In this document: piece by piece, positions 40,142 to 49,640 of the stretch
How the letters are laid out: the number at the start of each line of letters is the position of its first letter
Position numbering within the stretch: the stretch's first letter is position 1
Assembly: GCA_963665325.3 (NCBI GenBank)
Contig: CAXXWS020000004.1
Coordinates: forward strand, 308,794-372,793
DNA length: 64,000 bases
Source of the DNA: Alphaproteobacteria bacterium
GTDB taxonomy: Bacteria; Pseudomonadota; Alphaproteobacteria; Bin95
Reading direction: 5' to 3'
Notes under the pieces: generated by a model
What the model was told of the DNA's origin: nothing
The model's database searches: none
Seen by the model: only the letters and a program-made list of their open reading frames with translations
Program-made: the position numbers and the translations under genes

Positions 40142-40176
40142 AGGCCCGCGGGGCACCGCCCCCGTGGGCCTCTTTC
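40142..40176 (+). terminator. GC-rich hairpin between cargo and Slam genes (mirror copy at 47940-47974)
   Basis: AGGCCCGCGGGG..CCCCGTGGGCCT followed by CTTTC. Confidence 0.45.
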
Positions 40177-40198
40177 ATTCGAGTCAGCGGAACGTGAT

Positions 40199-41497
40199 TT
40201 GCGCTTCTTGATCCTCATCATCGTCGCCTGCCTTCTCATCCTCGTCACTGCAACGCTCGCCTATGCCGGTCCGGACGCGGCGAATGTTGCGAAAGGCGGC
40301 GATGGCGCCGCCGAGGCCACCGACCGGCGCTTCCGGGCCGGCATGGGGGCGCTCGCGGCCGCCCATGCCGCGTCGGACCGCGACGCCCGCGACGAGAAGC
40401 TCGACGTGGCCATCGCCGCCTTCCGCGCCATTCTGGTGGACCGCCCGGAGCTTGTGCGGGTGCGTCTGGAACTTGCCCGCGCTTTCTTCCTGAAAGAGGA
40501 GGACACGCTTGCCCGAAGGCATTTCGAGCAGGTGCTGGCCGGCAGACCGCCGCCCCCGGTGGTCGCCAATATCGTCCGCTTCCTGCGCACCATGCGCTCG
40601 CGGCGGCGCTGGGAGGCGCATTTCGGCGCGGCCATAGCCCCCGACAGCAACCTGAACGCCGCGTCGGGCGAGCGCACGATCTTCCTCGACACGCCCTTCG
40701 GACGGCTGCCCTTCACTCGCCAGGGCGACATCACGCCGAAGTCCGGCCTCGGCCTCTCGGTCTGGGGTGGCGGCGAATACCAGTATCCGCTTTCACAGAC
40801 TATCCGGCTGCGCTCCGGGGCCAACGCCAGCATCCGGGAATACAAGGGCGGGACCTTCGACCGCCACTCTGTCTCGGCGCATCTGGGTCCGCGCCGGCTG
40901 ATCGACGCGCGCACCGAGGCGAGCCTGCTGGCGACGGTGGACCGGCAATGGGCCGCCGGCAGGCCCGAGACCGACCGCTTCGGCCTGCGGCTGGAGGGTG
41001 AACACCAGCTGACGCCGCGCCTCGCGATGTTCGGGCGGGCAAGCGCCGTTCGGCGCAACTGCCGCGACTGCAACCATCTCGACGGCCCGGAGGGGATGGT
41101 GTCGCTCGGGGCCACATGGGCCGCACTGCCGATCTTGCGACTCAGCGGCAATGCCGGCTGGAACTGGAGCCGCACCAACTCCGAGCATTGGCGCTCAAGC
41201 GGCCCGCAGGCCAGCCTGAGCGCGTCGCTGGCGCTGCCGCTTGGCTTCACCGTCGGCCTGCGTGCTTCCATGCAGCGCACCGAATACGAGGGCCGGGGCT
41301 TCGCCCACAACACCATCGACCGCGAGCCGCGCGAGGACGAGACGCGGACGCTCTCGCTCTCGGTCCACAACCGCGCGGTGACGGTGCTCGGCTTCAGCCC
41401 CCGCATCAGCCTCGTCCGCGAGGAGCGCGACACCAACGCCCAGGCCCTCGACTACAAGCGAAACCGCGCCGAGCTCTCCTTCGTTAGGCAATTCTGA
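40199..41497 (+). CDS. Surface lipoprotein assembly modifier (Slam/T11SS translocon), allele A
   Basis: TPR RVRLELARAFF, barrel start APDSNLN, C-terminal YKRNRAELSFVRQF; start codon uncertain (TTG 40199). Confidence 0.85.
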   Translation: MRFLILIIVACLLILVTATLAYAGPDAANVAKGGDGAAEATDRRFRAGMGALAAAHAASDRDARDEKLDVAIAAFRAILVDRPELVRVRLELARAFFLKEEDTLARRHFEQVLAGRPPPPVVANIVRFLRTMRSRRRWEAHFGAAIAPDSNLNAASGERTIFLDTPFGRLPFTRQGDITPKSGLGLSVWGGGEYQYPLSQTIRLRSGANASIREYKGGTFDRHSVSAHLGPRRLIDARTEASLLATVDRQWAAGRPETDRFGLRLEGEHQLTPRLAMFGRASAVRRNCRDCNHLDGPEGMVSLGATWAALPILRLSGNAGWNWSRTNSEHWRSSGPQASLSASLALPLGFTVGLRASMQRTEYEGRGFAHNTIDREPREDETRTLSLSVHNRAVTVLGFSPRISLVREERDTNAQALDYKRNRAELSFVRQF

Positions 41498-41588
41498 CTG
41501 AGCAGCCGGACAGAGCAGGATGCACCGTAGACCGGTTACATAGTTCGCCTGCGCTGCGCCCGCCGCCCGTGCCGTTCAGGCCGAGGGC

Positions 41589-42416
41589 GTGCTCAGTGTC
41601 GACGTGCGGATCCCTGACGGCGGGACCCGGACCCTCAATACCGTCCGCGACACCGAATGGACGTCGGGGCTGTTCCTCCCGCGTCCCGTCCAACCCGGTC
41701 ATTCCAGCCGCGAATGGATACTGGCGGACAACCACTATGACGGCCGGGTGTTCTTTTACGCCCTCGTCTCGTGGGACAACGCCGACCCGACGGACTACCT
41801 CGCGGCGGGATGGTGGCTGACCTCCCCGCCGGATGTCCCCATTCGGGCGTTCGGGGCCGCCGCCCGCGGGGTCTTTCTCGATGGCCCGGAACTTGATCCG
41901 GCCCGCCCGCCCGACCTCCCTCTCGCGGGCAGGGCCACCTATGTCGGCGCAATGGGCGGTCACTACACGTACAACTACGGACGGGCATGGGGCGAGTTGG
42001 TCGGGCTCACCGAGGTCACGGAATTTTCGGGACCTGTCTCGTTGACCGCCGATTTCGACCGGAACCGCCTCACCGTGTGCCTCGGGTGTCCGGGGCCAAT
42101 CGAAACCGCACCCGGTCGCCATCTCGCTCCCGCCATGCCGTGGGGAGCGGACGATCCCGCGGCGTTGCCCGCCGACTACGATGTGCGCTTCGAAGCCTCG
42201 ATTGACGCAAGCGGAGCGTTCGAGAGTACCGCCATCACCGTGGCGCATCCCGACCGCGCCATCGTGAAGAACGCCGGGACGTGGCAGAAACAGTTCTCGA
42301 ACATGCCGGATGTGGATGGCAGTCCCCGGCGCGCGGTCGGCTCGACCGACGTGCTGTTCGCCGAAGACGACGGCTCGCATGGACGCTTTACGCGCATCTC
42401 CTCCAGCCACTTGTAG
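41589..42416 (+). pseudogene. Second TbpB-like T11SS cargo, truncated
   Basis: DYLAAGWWL, ATYVGAMGGHY, VSLTADF; no signal or lipobox; C-terminus runs into an IS66 scrap. Confidence 0.6.
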
Positions 42417-42429
42417 ACCATCACCAGAC

Positions 42430-43951
42430 CTTTCAATTACCCACAACGTCGATTTGCGCAGTTGCGCCGAGGGTAATGTCATTGAGGCGGGCGAGGCCGC
42501 GCCACAAGACGATGTTTCCAGGCGGCGGGTCCTTGGTTCGGGCGAGATAGCCGCCGAGCCGCGCGATCTTCGTGAGGTAGTCGGACAGGGTTTTCGGCGT
42601 CGATGGGCCGGGACCCCGGTCAGGGATCAGGTGATCGAGCAGCTTGATTTCGATTTCGGTGAGCACGAGGCCCGGTTCAAGGTCCGGTTCGGTCCGGTTG
42701 AGCATCGTCAACCAGAAGACGCGCCAGCTCAAAATGCAGAAGACCGCGATCAGCCTGACGAGCCTCTCGGCGGTCCGCAGGCGAGCCTGTTCGGCGCGGC
42801 AGCCCGATTTCAGGATCTTGTGGAAGACCTCGATCTTCCAGCGCATGGCATACCAGCGGAGCTTCTCCACCGCGTCGTCGTGGCTGTCGACCGGCAGGTC
42901 GGTGATCAGCTTCCAGTCGATGCGGGGTCGTCCGACCGGCTCTTCCGGCTCTCGGGCGTGCAACACCGTAAGCGTGAGCGACGGATAGCGCTTTCGTTTG
43001 CCGAGCGGCGGCCGGATGGTCATGTGCTGGTAGTAAAGTTCGACCTGAGTGGAGCCCAGCCTGCCCTTGTCGTCACGAACCGCGATCCGGTGCAGCCCGC
43101 GAACCTTCGCCTCCGCCATGACCGACGCCACTGTACGGGAGCCGTCCTCGGCATATCTGTCGGAAAAGCGCCTGATGAGAAAGTGGGTATCGAGTTCCCG
43201 AGCGAGGCAGAACAACTCCCAGATATCGCCTTCGCGGTCGCAAATGTGAATACAGCGCGCAGGGTCGTCCAACAATTCAGTGGAGTGGCGCAGGGTCTCC
43301 AGCCAACGCATGCTCTCCTTGCCTTCGATCGGCACGCGCGTTGAATTGACCTTCCTCTTGAGTGCTGCCTTATCCTTGAACTTCTTCCTGGTCCAGAACT
43401 TGACCGCAGCCATTCCCAGCGGCAGCCCGTCCGTCGACACCGCCAAGCTCGAATGCATCAGTAACCCACAGAGCGTGTGCATTCTCTCGCGACCGAGCAT
43501 GTCTTTGCCGCCGCCCACCTTCGTGGTGAAGCCCACTGCTTCGGGACGCTTACGCTTCCAGGAAAACTCCGTCGTGTCGTGAAGAACGAGGATTGGGCCG
43601 CAGCTGGCGCCAAATCGGCGCCGCGTTGCGTTGAAATGGCCTCGAAGAATTTCCTCTTCGCTCACCCGCTCGTTGGAGAAGAAGCGATATGCCGCCTTTG
43701 TCCCGGCCCAGTCCTGGCAGGCAAGCGGGATGCTTTCTCCGAACCCGGCTTCCATCCGCTCAACCAGTTGGCGAAGCCGACGGTCCAGTCGCCCGTCACC
43801 AAGCTGGCAGCCTGCAAGCTCTTCTTCAAACCATCGCTCATCCTGATTGCGCACCTGTTCGCTCCCGATTCGGTGCACGACAAGGAATCACGGCCGATTC
43901 CCTCGACGCAAGAACTTCCCGCGTAAACATCAAGATGTGGGTAATTGAAAG
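42430..43951 (-). mobile_element. IS4-family insertion sequence, transposase 42433-43878
   Basis: TIR CTTTCAATTACCCACA / TGTGGGTAATTGAAAG; 9-bp TSD TCACCAGAC (42421-42429, 43952-43960); HDTT, DREGD, YAMRWKIEVFHKILKSG. Confidence 0.95.
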
Positions 43952-43982
43952 TCACCAGACCGGTCCCGTCTGCGAGACTCAA

Positions 43983-44408
43983 TCATCGTTCTGCCGCACC
44001 CGGCTGCAGCACCAACCAGTCTTCGCCGTCAAACCGGTGGACGCGAAGCCCGCGTATCGGCGTCCTGCAGAACGACCGGATCCGCCGGCCATTCACCGGG
44101 GGATCGTTCCCACGGCAGAGAATGCACCGGGCAGGGGCTCCCTGTCGGATAAGCTGCACATGCTCCAGCCGTTGACGGTAGCCCGGGCGGCTGGGGGAGC
44201 GTCCGGGCTTCAGACGGGTTCCGAGGCGAGCATAGCGGATGCTGTTGACGGTTCGGATCTCGCCTTCCCAGACCCGGAGATAGACGGCGCCCGTGTCGGG
44301 ATGCACGGCGCCCCAGGACCTGCGCGCATTCCTCAACGGCGCCCCCAGGGTTTCCGCGAAAAAGGCGCTTATCGATTGGCGTTGCCGATTCCGCGTGTTC
44401 GAGGTCAT
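43983..44408 (-). CDS. Hypothetical protein
   Basis: Plausible globular ORF (LGAPLRNARRSWGA...LRVW). Confidence 0.5.
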   Translation of the reverse strand: MTSNTRNRQRQSISAFFAETLGAPLRNARRSWGAVHPDTGAVYLRVWEGEIRTVNSIRYARLGTRLKPGRSPSRPGYRQRLEHVQLIRQGAPARCILCRGNDPPVNGRRIRSFCRTPIRGLRVHRFDGEDWLVLQPGAAER

Positions 44409-44469
44409 GTACCAAACATCCCGTCCGGGCCTGAAGCCGCCGGCTTGTCTCGGCGGAACCTCCCGAGTG

Positions 44470-44799
44470 TCACGAGGCGATTCCCGTGAACAGGGCGAGC
44501 GCGCGGTTCACCGCGACCATGTCGGCATCGTCGAGATGTCCGAACACCGGCCCGATGCGGCGCGTTCCCGCCGAGAAGATCTGGTCGATCATGACGTAGG
44601 AGCGCTTGCGCAAACCGTTACTCTCCGAGGGTTCGATCGGTACGCGTATCAGCGGGACGTCGAGCGCAGTCGAAGTCAGCAAGACGACAGTGACCGTGGA
44701 CGTCAATTTCGCGAAAAGGTCCGACTGGATCACCAGCGCGGGGCGCGGTTTGCCATGTTCGCCCTGCAGCGCGACGGTAACGAGGTCGCCGCGCCTCAC
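44470..44799 (-). CDS. PemK/MazF family toxin
   Basis: MRRGDLV, GKPRPALVIQSD, NGLRKRSYVMIDQI. Confidence 0.92.
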   Translation of the reverse strand: MRRGDLVTVALQGEHGKPRPALVIQSDLFAKLTSTVTVVLLTSTALDVPLIRVPIEPSESNGLRKRSYVMIDQIFSAGTRRIGPVFGHLDDADMVAVNRALALFTGIAS

Positions 44800-45047
44800 T
44801 CGCCATGCCCGGCTTCAAGGGCGTCCAGATGTTCGGCAAGGTCGGCCGCAGCCGCGTCCATGAATTCCATGAGTTCGGGATCGGCCAGGTTGGCTTCGTT
44901 GACGATCGCGGCCTGGCGGGCGCACTCCTCGGCAAAGCCGGGAGCGCGGGTATCGGGAACCCAGATTTGTATCGGCCGCAGCCCCTGCGCCCTGAGAGCC
45001 GCTCTACGCTTCTCTACGCGCTGCGCGTTGGTGGATGCAGGGGCCAT
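44796..45047 (-). CDS. MazE-like antitoxin (DUF3018)
   Basis: RVEKRRAALRAQGLRPIQIWVPDTRAPGFAEECARQ. Confidence 0.9.
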   Translation of the reverse strand: MAPASTNAQRVEKRRAALRAQGLRPIQIWVPDTRAPGFAEECARQAAIVNEANLADPELMEFMDAAAADLAEHLDALEAGHGE

Positions 45048-45345
45048 AGCGTGTCTCCCGTCCGACCATTGCGCTACATGTAACGCATTTCGCTGTCTTG
45101 TGGAAGTTCTCTACGCAATCCATACCAACCAAGACAAAGGTAGTGCGATACGTCGGTGGCCCATACCGGACACGCAACATCGGTGGTGCGCTCAAGGGAC
45201 CGCCTGCGGAAGAACCCCAATGGTTTGGCTAGGCGGGTGGGATTCTGATCGAAATCGCATCGTCCGCTGCCCGGCTCAACCGACTTCCTGGCATCGCTTC
45301 TCCGCCGTTGGCGTGAGCCAGGGAAACTCCGAGCCGCGCGGGCGA

Positions 45346-46191
45346 TCATGCTGGCTCCCTGCAAAGCCAGAGGCTCGTGTCCCGGGCTCCGTGCGGCATG
45401 GGCAGAGTGGCCACGACGGAACTCGCGATGCGATCCGGATGCCGCGTCGCCATGTAGCGGCTGGCGAAGATCGGGCGCCAGCCGCCGGCGATCAGCAGTA
45501 CCGCCGGCAATTGCTCGTTATAGCCCCGCCAGGCCCAGTCCCCCGGGTACGGGTCCGGCAGGAAGACATCATGGACATGCAGCAACACGCCGGGCGGCAG
45601 TTCCGGCAGTATATGCCCGAACAGGAAATCCACGTCCGTGCCCGGCATGGCGACATGGCTGGAATCGATCACCAGCAAGTCACCCGCTTCCAGCGCCTCG
45701 AAAGGCTTCCGGCCCACCTCCTGCACTGTAAGCCGCAAGAGCCTGAGGCGGTTCCCGAGTCCGGCAAGGTCGGCACGGGGCGCAGGATCGATCGCGGTCA
45801 CTTCCGCTTCCGCGCCGCCATCCCGGAGCGCGCGAAGCAGGAAGCGCGTGGAATGACCGCTGCCGACCTCGACAGCGCGGCGCGGCAGGCGTCGGCGCGT
45901 GAGCGCATAAAGCATGGCGGCATCGAGCCGGGGAAACCAGTCCTGGTCCCAGCGCGGCTCCGGCGGCGGCTCCCCGCCTATGGCGCTGAGCGCCGGCGCC
46001 AGGTCGTCGAGGTCGTCCATCGCCGCCAGGAATGTCGGCAGGGCCGCCTTGAAGCGGGCCTCGACCCATCCGAGCGGCTTCGGCGGCGCGACGACATCAG
46101 CCCGCGCGTATGGAATGAAGAAACCGCGCCGCGCCAGGCCCAGAACAGTCTGCAAGCCGAACAACCGCCTCCGGCTCGCGCCGCGCATCAT
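45346..46191 (-). CDS. Class I SAM-dependent methyltransferase
   Basis: VEVGSGHST, AIDPAP, IDSSH, HVHDVFLP. Confidence 0.85.
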   Translation of the reverse strand: MMRGASRRRLFGLQTVLGLARRGFFIPYARADVVAPPKPLGWVEARFKAALPTFLAAMDDLDDLAPALSAIGGEPPPEPRWDQDWFPRLDAAMLYALTRRRLPRRAVEVGSGHSTRFLLRALRDGGAEAEVTAIDPAPRADLAGLGNRLRLLRLTVQEVGRKPFEALEAGDLLVIDSSHVAMPGTDVDFLFGHILPELPPGVLLHVHDVFLPDPYPGDWAWRGYNEQLPAVLLIAGGWRPIFASRYMATRHPDRIASSVVATLPMPHGARDTSLWLCREPA

Positions 46192-46309
46192 CGGGTCGAT
46201 CCGGGCAGGGGGCGGAACAGCATTGCAAACTACTCGTTGCGATTTCGGCAGCGGATTCCTGGAGAGGTCGAGGTCCCGGCCGATCCAAGGTTGGCTTCTC
46301 CCGTTGGCG

Positions 46310-46498
46310 ACCCCGGCTTCCGTCAACTGCGCCCGCCCCGTTTGCCCCTTTCAACCAGGCGTCTGCCGACAAGCTTTTCCACGGCCGCGAGGTGGGCGAG
46401 GACGGCAGTCCTGGTGCCTCCCGGGCGGCGTGCGGTTTTCTGCGTGCTTTGACCTGCGTGAGGAACGTCCGCAGATATTTCATGTTGATGTCGGGCAT
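46310..46498 (-). pseudogene. Frameshifted LysR-type HTH remnant
   Basis: MPDINMKYLRTFL then AHLAAVEKLVGRRLVER and QLTEAG in other frames; paralog of 51024-51503. Confidence 0.65.
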
Positions 46499-46618
46499 CT
46501 TCCGATCTCCTCTTCCATTGCGGCCCGATCGGAAGGAGGCACGGGGAGTGCCCGCTCTGTCCGCGCCGGCCATTCTGCGACGCGTGCAACGCCGCGAATG
46601 GTAAGCATGCGTTCCGCA

Positions 46619-47917
46619 TCAGAACTGGCGCACGAAGGAGAGCTCGGCGCGGTTGCGCTTGTAGTCGAGGGCTTGGGCGTTGGTCTCGCGCTCCTCGCGG
46701 ACAAGGCTGATGCGGGGGCTGAAGCCGAACACCGTCACGGCGCGGTTGTGGACCGAGACCGAGAGCGTCTGCGTCTCGTCCTCGCGAGGCTGGCGGTCGA
46801 TGGTGTTGTGGGCGAAGCCCCGCCCCTCGTATCCGGTGCGCTGCAGGGAGCCGCGCAGGCCGAGGGTGAAGCCGGCTGGCAGCGCCAGCGACGCGCCCAG
46901 GCTGGCCTGCGGGCCGCGCGAGCGCCAGTGTTCGGAGTTGGTGCGGCTCCAGTTCCAGCTGGCATTGCCGCTGAGGCGCAGGATCGGCAGCACGGCCCAT
47001 GTGGCTCCGAGCGAGACATTCCCCTCCGGGCCGTCGAGATGGTTGCAGTCGCGGCAGTTGCGCCGGGCCGCGCTCGCCCGCCCGAACATCGCAAGACGCG
47101 GCGTCAGCCGGTGCTCGCCTTCCAGGCGCAGGCCGAAGCGGTCGGTCTCGGGCCTGCCGGCGGTCCACTGCCGGTCCATGGTCGCCAGCAGGCTTGCCTC
47201 CGTCCTCGCATCGATCGACCGGCGCGGGCCCAGATGCGCCGAGAGGAAATGACGGTCGAAGTCTCCGCCCTTGTATTCCCGGATGCTGGCGTTGGCCCCG
47301 GAGCGCAGCCGGAGAGTCTGTGAAAGCGGATACTGGTATTCGCCGCCACCCCAGACCGAGAGGCCGAGGCCGGACTTCGGCGCAATGTCGCCCTGGCGCG
47401 TGAAGGGCAGGCGACCGAAGGGCGTGTCCAGGACGATCGTGCGTTCGCCGGAGGCGGCGTTCAGGTTGCTGTCGGGGGCCACGGCCATGCCGAAGCTGGC
47501 CTCCCAGCGCCGCCGTGCACGCATGGTGCGCAGGAAGCGGACGATATTGGCGACCACCGGGGGCGGCGGTCTGCCGGCCAGCACCTGCTCGAAATGCCTT
47601 CGGGCAAGCGTGTCCTCCTCTTTCAGGAAGAAAGCGCGGGCAAGTTCCAGACGCACCCGCACAAGCTCCGGGCGGTCCACCAGAATGGCGCGGAAGGCGG
47701 CGATGGCCACGTCGAGCTTCTCGTCGCGGGCGTCGCGGTCCGACGCGGCATGGGCGGCCGCGAGCGCCCCCATGCCGGCCCGGAAGCGCCGGTCGGTGGC
47801 CTCGGCGGCGCCATCGCCGCCTTTCGCAACATTCGCCGCGTCCGGACCGGCATAGGCGAGCGTTGCAGTGACGAGGATGAGAAGGCAGGCGACGATGATG
47901 AGGATCAAGAAGCGCAA
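46619..47917 (-). CDS. Slam/T11SS translocon, allele B
   Basis: Same length and N-terminus as allele A; barrel differs (WEASFGMAV vs WEAHFGAAI, RQPREDETQ vs REPREDETR). Confidence 0.85.
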   Translation of the reverse strand: MRFLILIIVACLLILVTATLAYAGPDAANVAKGGDGAAEATDRRFRAGMGALAAAHAASDRDARDEKLDVAIAAFRAILVDRPELVRVRLELARAFFLKEEDTLARRHFEQVLAGRPPPPVVANIVRFLRTMRARRRWEASFGMAVAPDSNLNAASGERTIVLDTPFGRLPFTRQGDIAPKSGLGLSVWGGGEYQYPLSQTLRLRSGANASIREYKGGDFDRHFLSAHLGPRRSIDARTEASLLATMDRQWTAGRPETDRFGLRLEGEHRLTPRLAMFGRASAARRNCRDCNHLDGPEGNVSLGATWAVLPILRLSGNASWNWSRTNSEHWRSRGPQASLGASLALPAGFTLGLRGSLQRTGYEGRGFAHNTIDRQPREDETQTLSVSVHNRAVTVFGFSPRISLVREERETNAQALDYKRNRAELSFVRQF

Positions 47918-48033
47918 ATCACGTTCCGCTGACTCGAATGAAAGAGGCCCACGGGGGCGGTGCCCCGCGGGCCTGGGTAGTCCCCCGCGCCCCGGCCGCC
48001 GGAGCGGCCGGGGTAAAGGTCCGAACAACGCCG

Positions 48034-49551
48034 TCAGTTCGGCGGGTTCGGGTTCGTGATATTGGCGCCGAACGCGCCGAGCATCCGGCCCTGCTCGCCG
48101 AACTGGGCATCGAACGCGCCCGAAACGCCGGTGGGCAGATCGTCGTTACGGCTCGCGCCGGTGGTGGAAAGCTGCGCTTGCCAACCGCCCGCCCTGTCGG
48201 CCTTGCTCGATCCGACGGCCCATTGGGTGGTGGTACCGGTTCTCGCTACCGAGCCGTCGCTGGTGTCGATGGCAGTTTGCGACAGCGTCACGGTCCAGTC
48301 CGGGTCCGCGCCGTCATCGCCGATCCGGAAGGCGGAGACCGAGCCATTCATCATGTCGGTATCGAAGTTTGCCGACAGCGCAGCCTTCGCCGTGAAGTGG
48401 CCGCCATGGGCGGTGTCCGCGACCCGGTCCCGCCAGGCATACTTGCCGGCGGCGGCGCCTTCATAATCTGCCGTGCCGGTCAGATCGGTGACAGCGCCCA
48501 CGGCGGTGCCCCCCTGCGGTCCGTGGAACACCGCGACGTTGTCGAGCAGATTGGAGGACGTCTTGTCGTCCCTCATCCACCACCCGAAGGACATGTAGGC
48601 GCTATCTGCGAGCGAGACCATCGCTCCGGTGTTGGCGGTGAACATCCAGCCGCCGCCGCCCCCGAACGTGATGGTGCCATTGGCATTCACCGACGAGGAG
48701 CAGTCGGCCCCGGTGCACTGGTAGGACCCGGCGGCGCCTTGATAGGTGCCGGGCAGCCTCACGATAGTCGGGGGCGCACCCGGAGTCGCACTGACGTTCG
48801 GCTCGTGCTCGACCGTGCCGCCTTCGCGCCCGTTGAAGGCCGTGCCCGCAACGCCACTATGCGCGGTGGTTGACAAGGCCAGCACCTGATCGTTGCCGCC
48901 ATACTGCTCCGAGAACAGCCTGCTACGCGGCGCTGCGATGTCGGTGTAGACGAACATCGTGTCGGCCCTGGTCGCGTCCTCCCAGGTCAGCATCGTTCCC
49001 GAAAAGCCATTGTTCGCGGCAAGGCTCACCGATGTTCCGGCCTGCGCGCTCGTGAAGGCAGTGTTGGCCGTTGTGTCGATCCCGGCGGCGGTAAGAGTGT
49101 TGACCCACGTCATTTGATTGGCGGCGGTCACCCGTGTCGTCGCCCCGTGCCTCGCCGATACAGTCGGCGCGGCTGCGGCAATCGTTGAATCTGCAGCGGT
49201 GGTCGCATCGCCCAACGGGTCGAGCACGCCGAAGACGGCCTTGCCCTGTGCCGTCATGGCCGCTCGCGCGGCGTCGGCGATCTCTTTGTCACGGTCGACG
49301 ATCTGCCCCCGCAGAGCGGACACCTGCCCCTCCAGATCGGACACGCTGCCGGTCAGGTTGTCGATGTCGATCGGATCCAGCCCAAGCTCCGCCCGCAGCG
49401 CGTTGATCTGCCCTTGAAGCGTGGCGATCTGCTCTACCTGTGTCGCGCCGTCCGTTGCCGACTGCGGCGAACTTCCGCCGCCTCCGCAACCTGCAAGCGC
49501 CAAGGCCGTAGCGGTCATCGCCGCGATAGCCCAATGTTTCATGGTTCTCAT
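48034..49551 (-). CDS. Surface lipoprotein (T11SS cargo), copy B
   Basis: Translation identical to 38565-40082. Confidence 0.8.
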   Translation of the reverse strand: MRTMKHWAIAAMTATALALAGCGGGGSSPQSATDGATQVEQIATLQGQINALRAELGLDPIDIDNLTGSVSDLEGQVSALRGQIVDRDKEIADAARAAMTAQGKAVFGVLDPLGDATTAADSTIAAAAPTVSARHGATTRVTAANQMTWVNTLTAAGIDTTANTAFTSAQAGTSVSLAANNGFSGTMLTWEDATRADTMFVYTDIAAPRSRLFSEQYGGNDQVLALSTTAHSGVAGTAFNGREGGTVEHEPNVSATPGAPPTIVRLPGTYQGAAGSYQCTGADCSSSVNANGTITFGGGGGWMFTANTGAMVSLADSAYMSFGWWMRDDKTSSNLLDNVAVFHGPQGGTAVGAVTDLTGTADYEGAAAGKYAWRDRVADTAHGGHFTAKAALSANFDTDMMNGSVSAFRIGDDGADPDWTVTLSQTAIDTSDGSVARTGTTTQWAVGSSKADRAGGWQAQLSTTGASRNDDLPTGVSGAFDAQFGEQGRMLGAFGANITNPNPPN

Positions 49552-49640
49552 CGAACCTCTCTCCTTTCAACCCGGGCCGGCCGCGCCAGCCGGGCAAATT
49601 GTCTTGATCGTTCCTTCGTGATGTCGATTGCCGCGCAGGC

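Larger units (their letters stand above)
37403..41497 (+). repeat. Left arm of ~4.1 kb inverted duplication (appears identical 37403-40596, diverged to 41497)
   Basis: Mirror ORF coordinates sum to 88116 with the right arm; identical translations of all overlapping ORFs up to the breakpoint. Confidence 0.95.
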
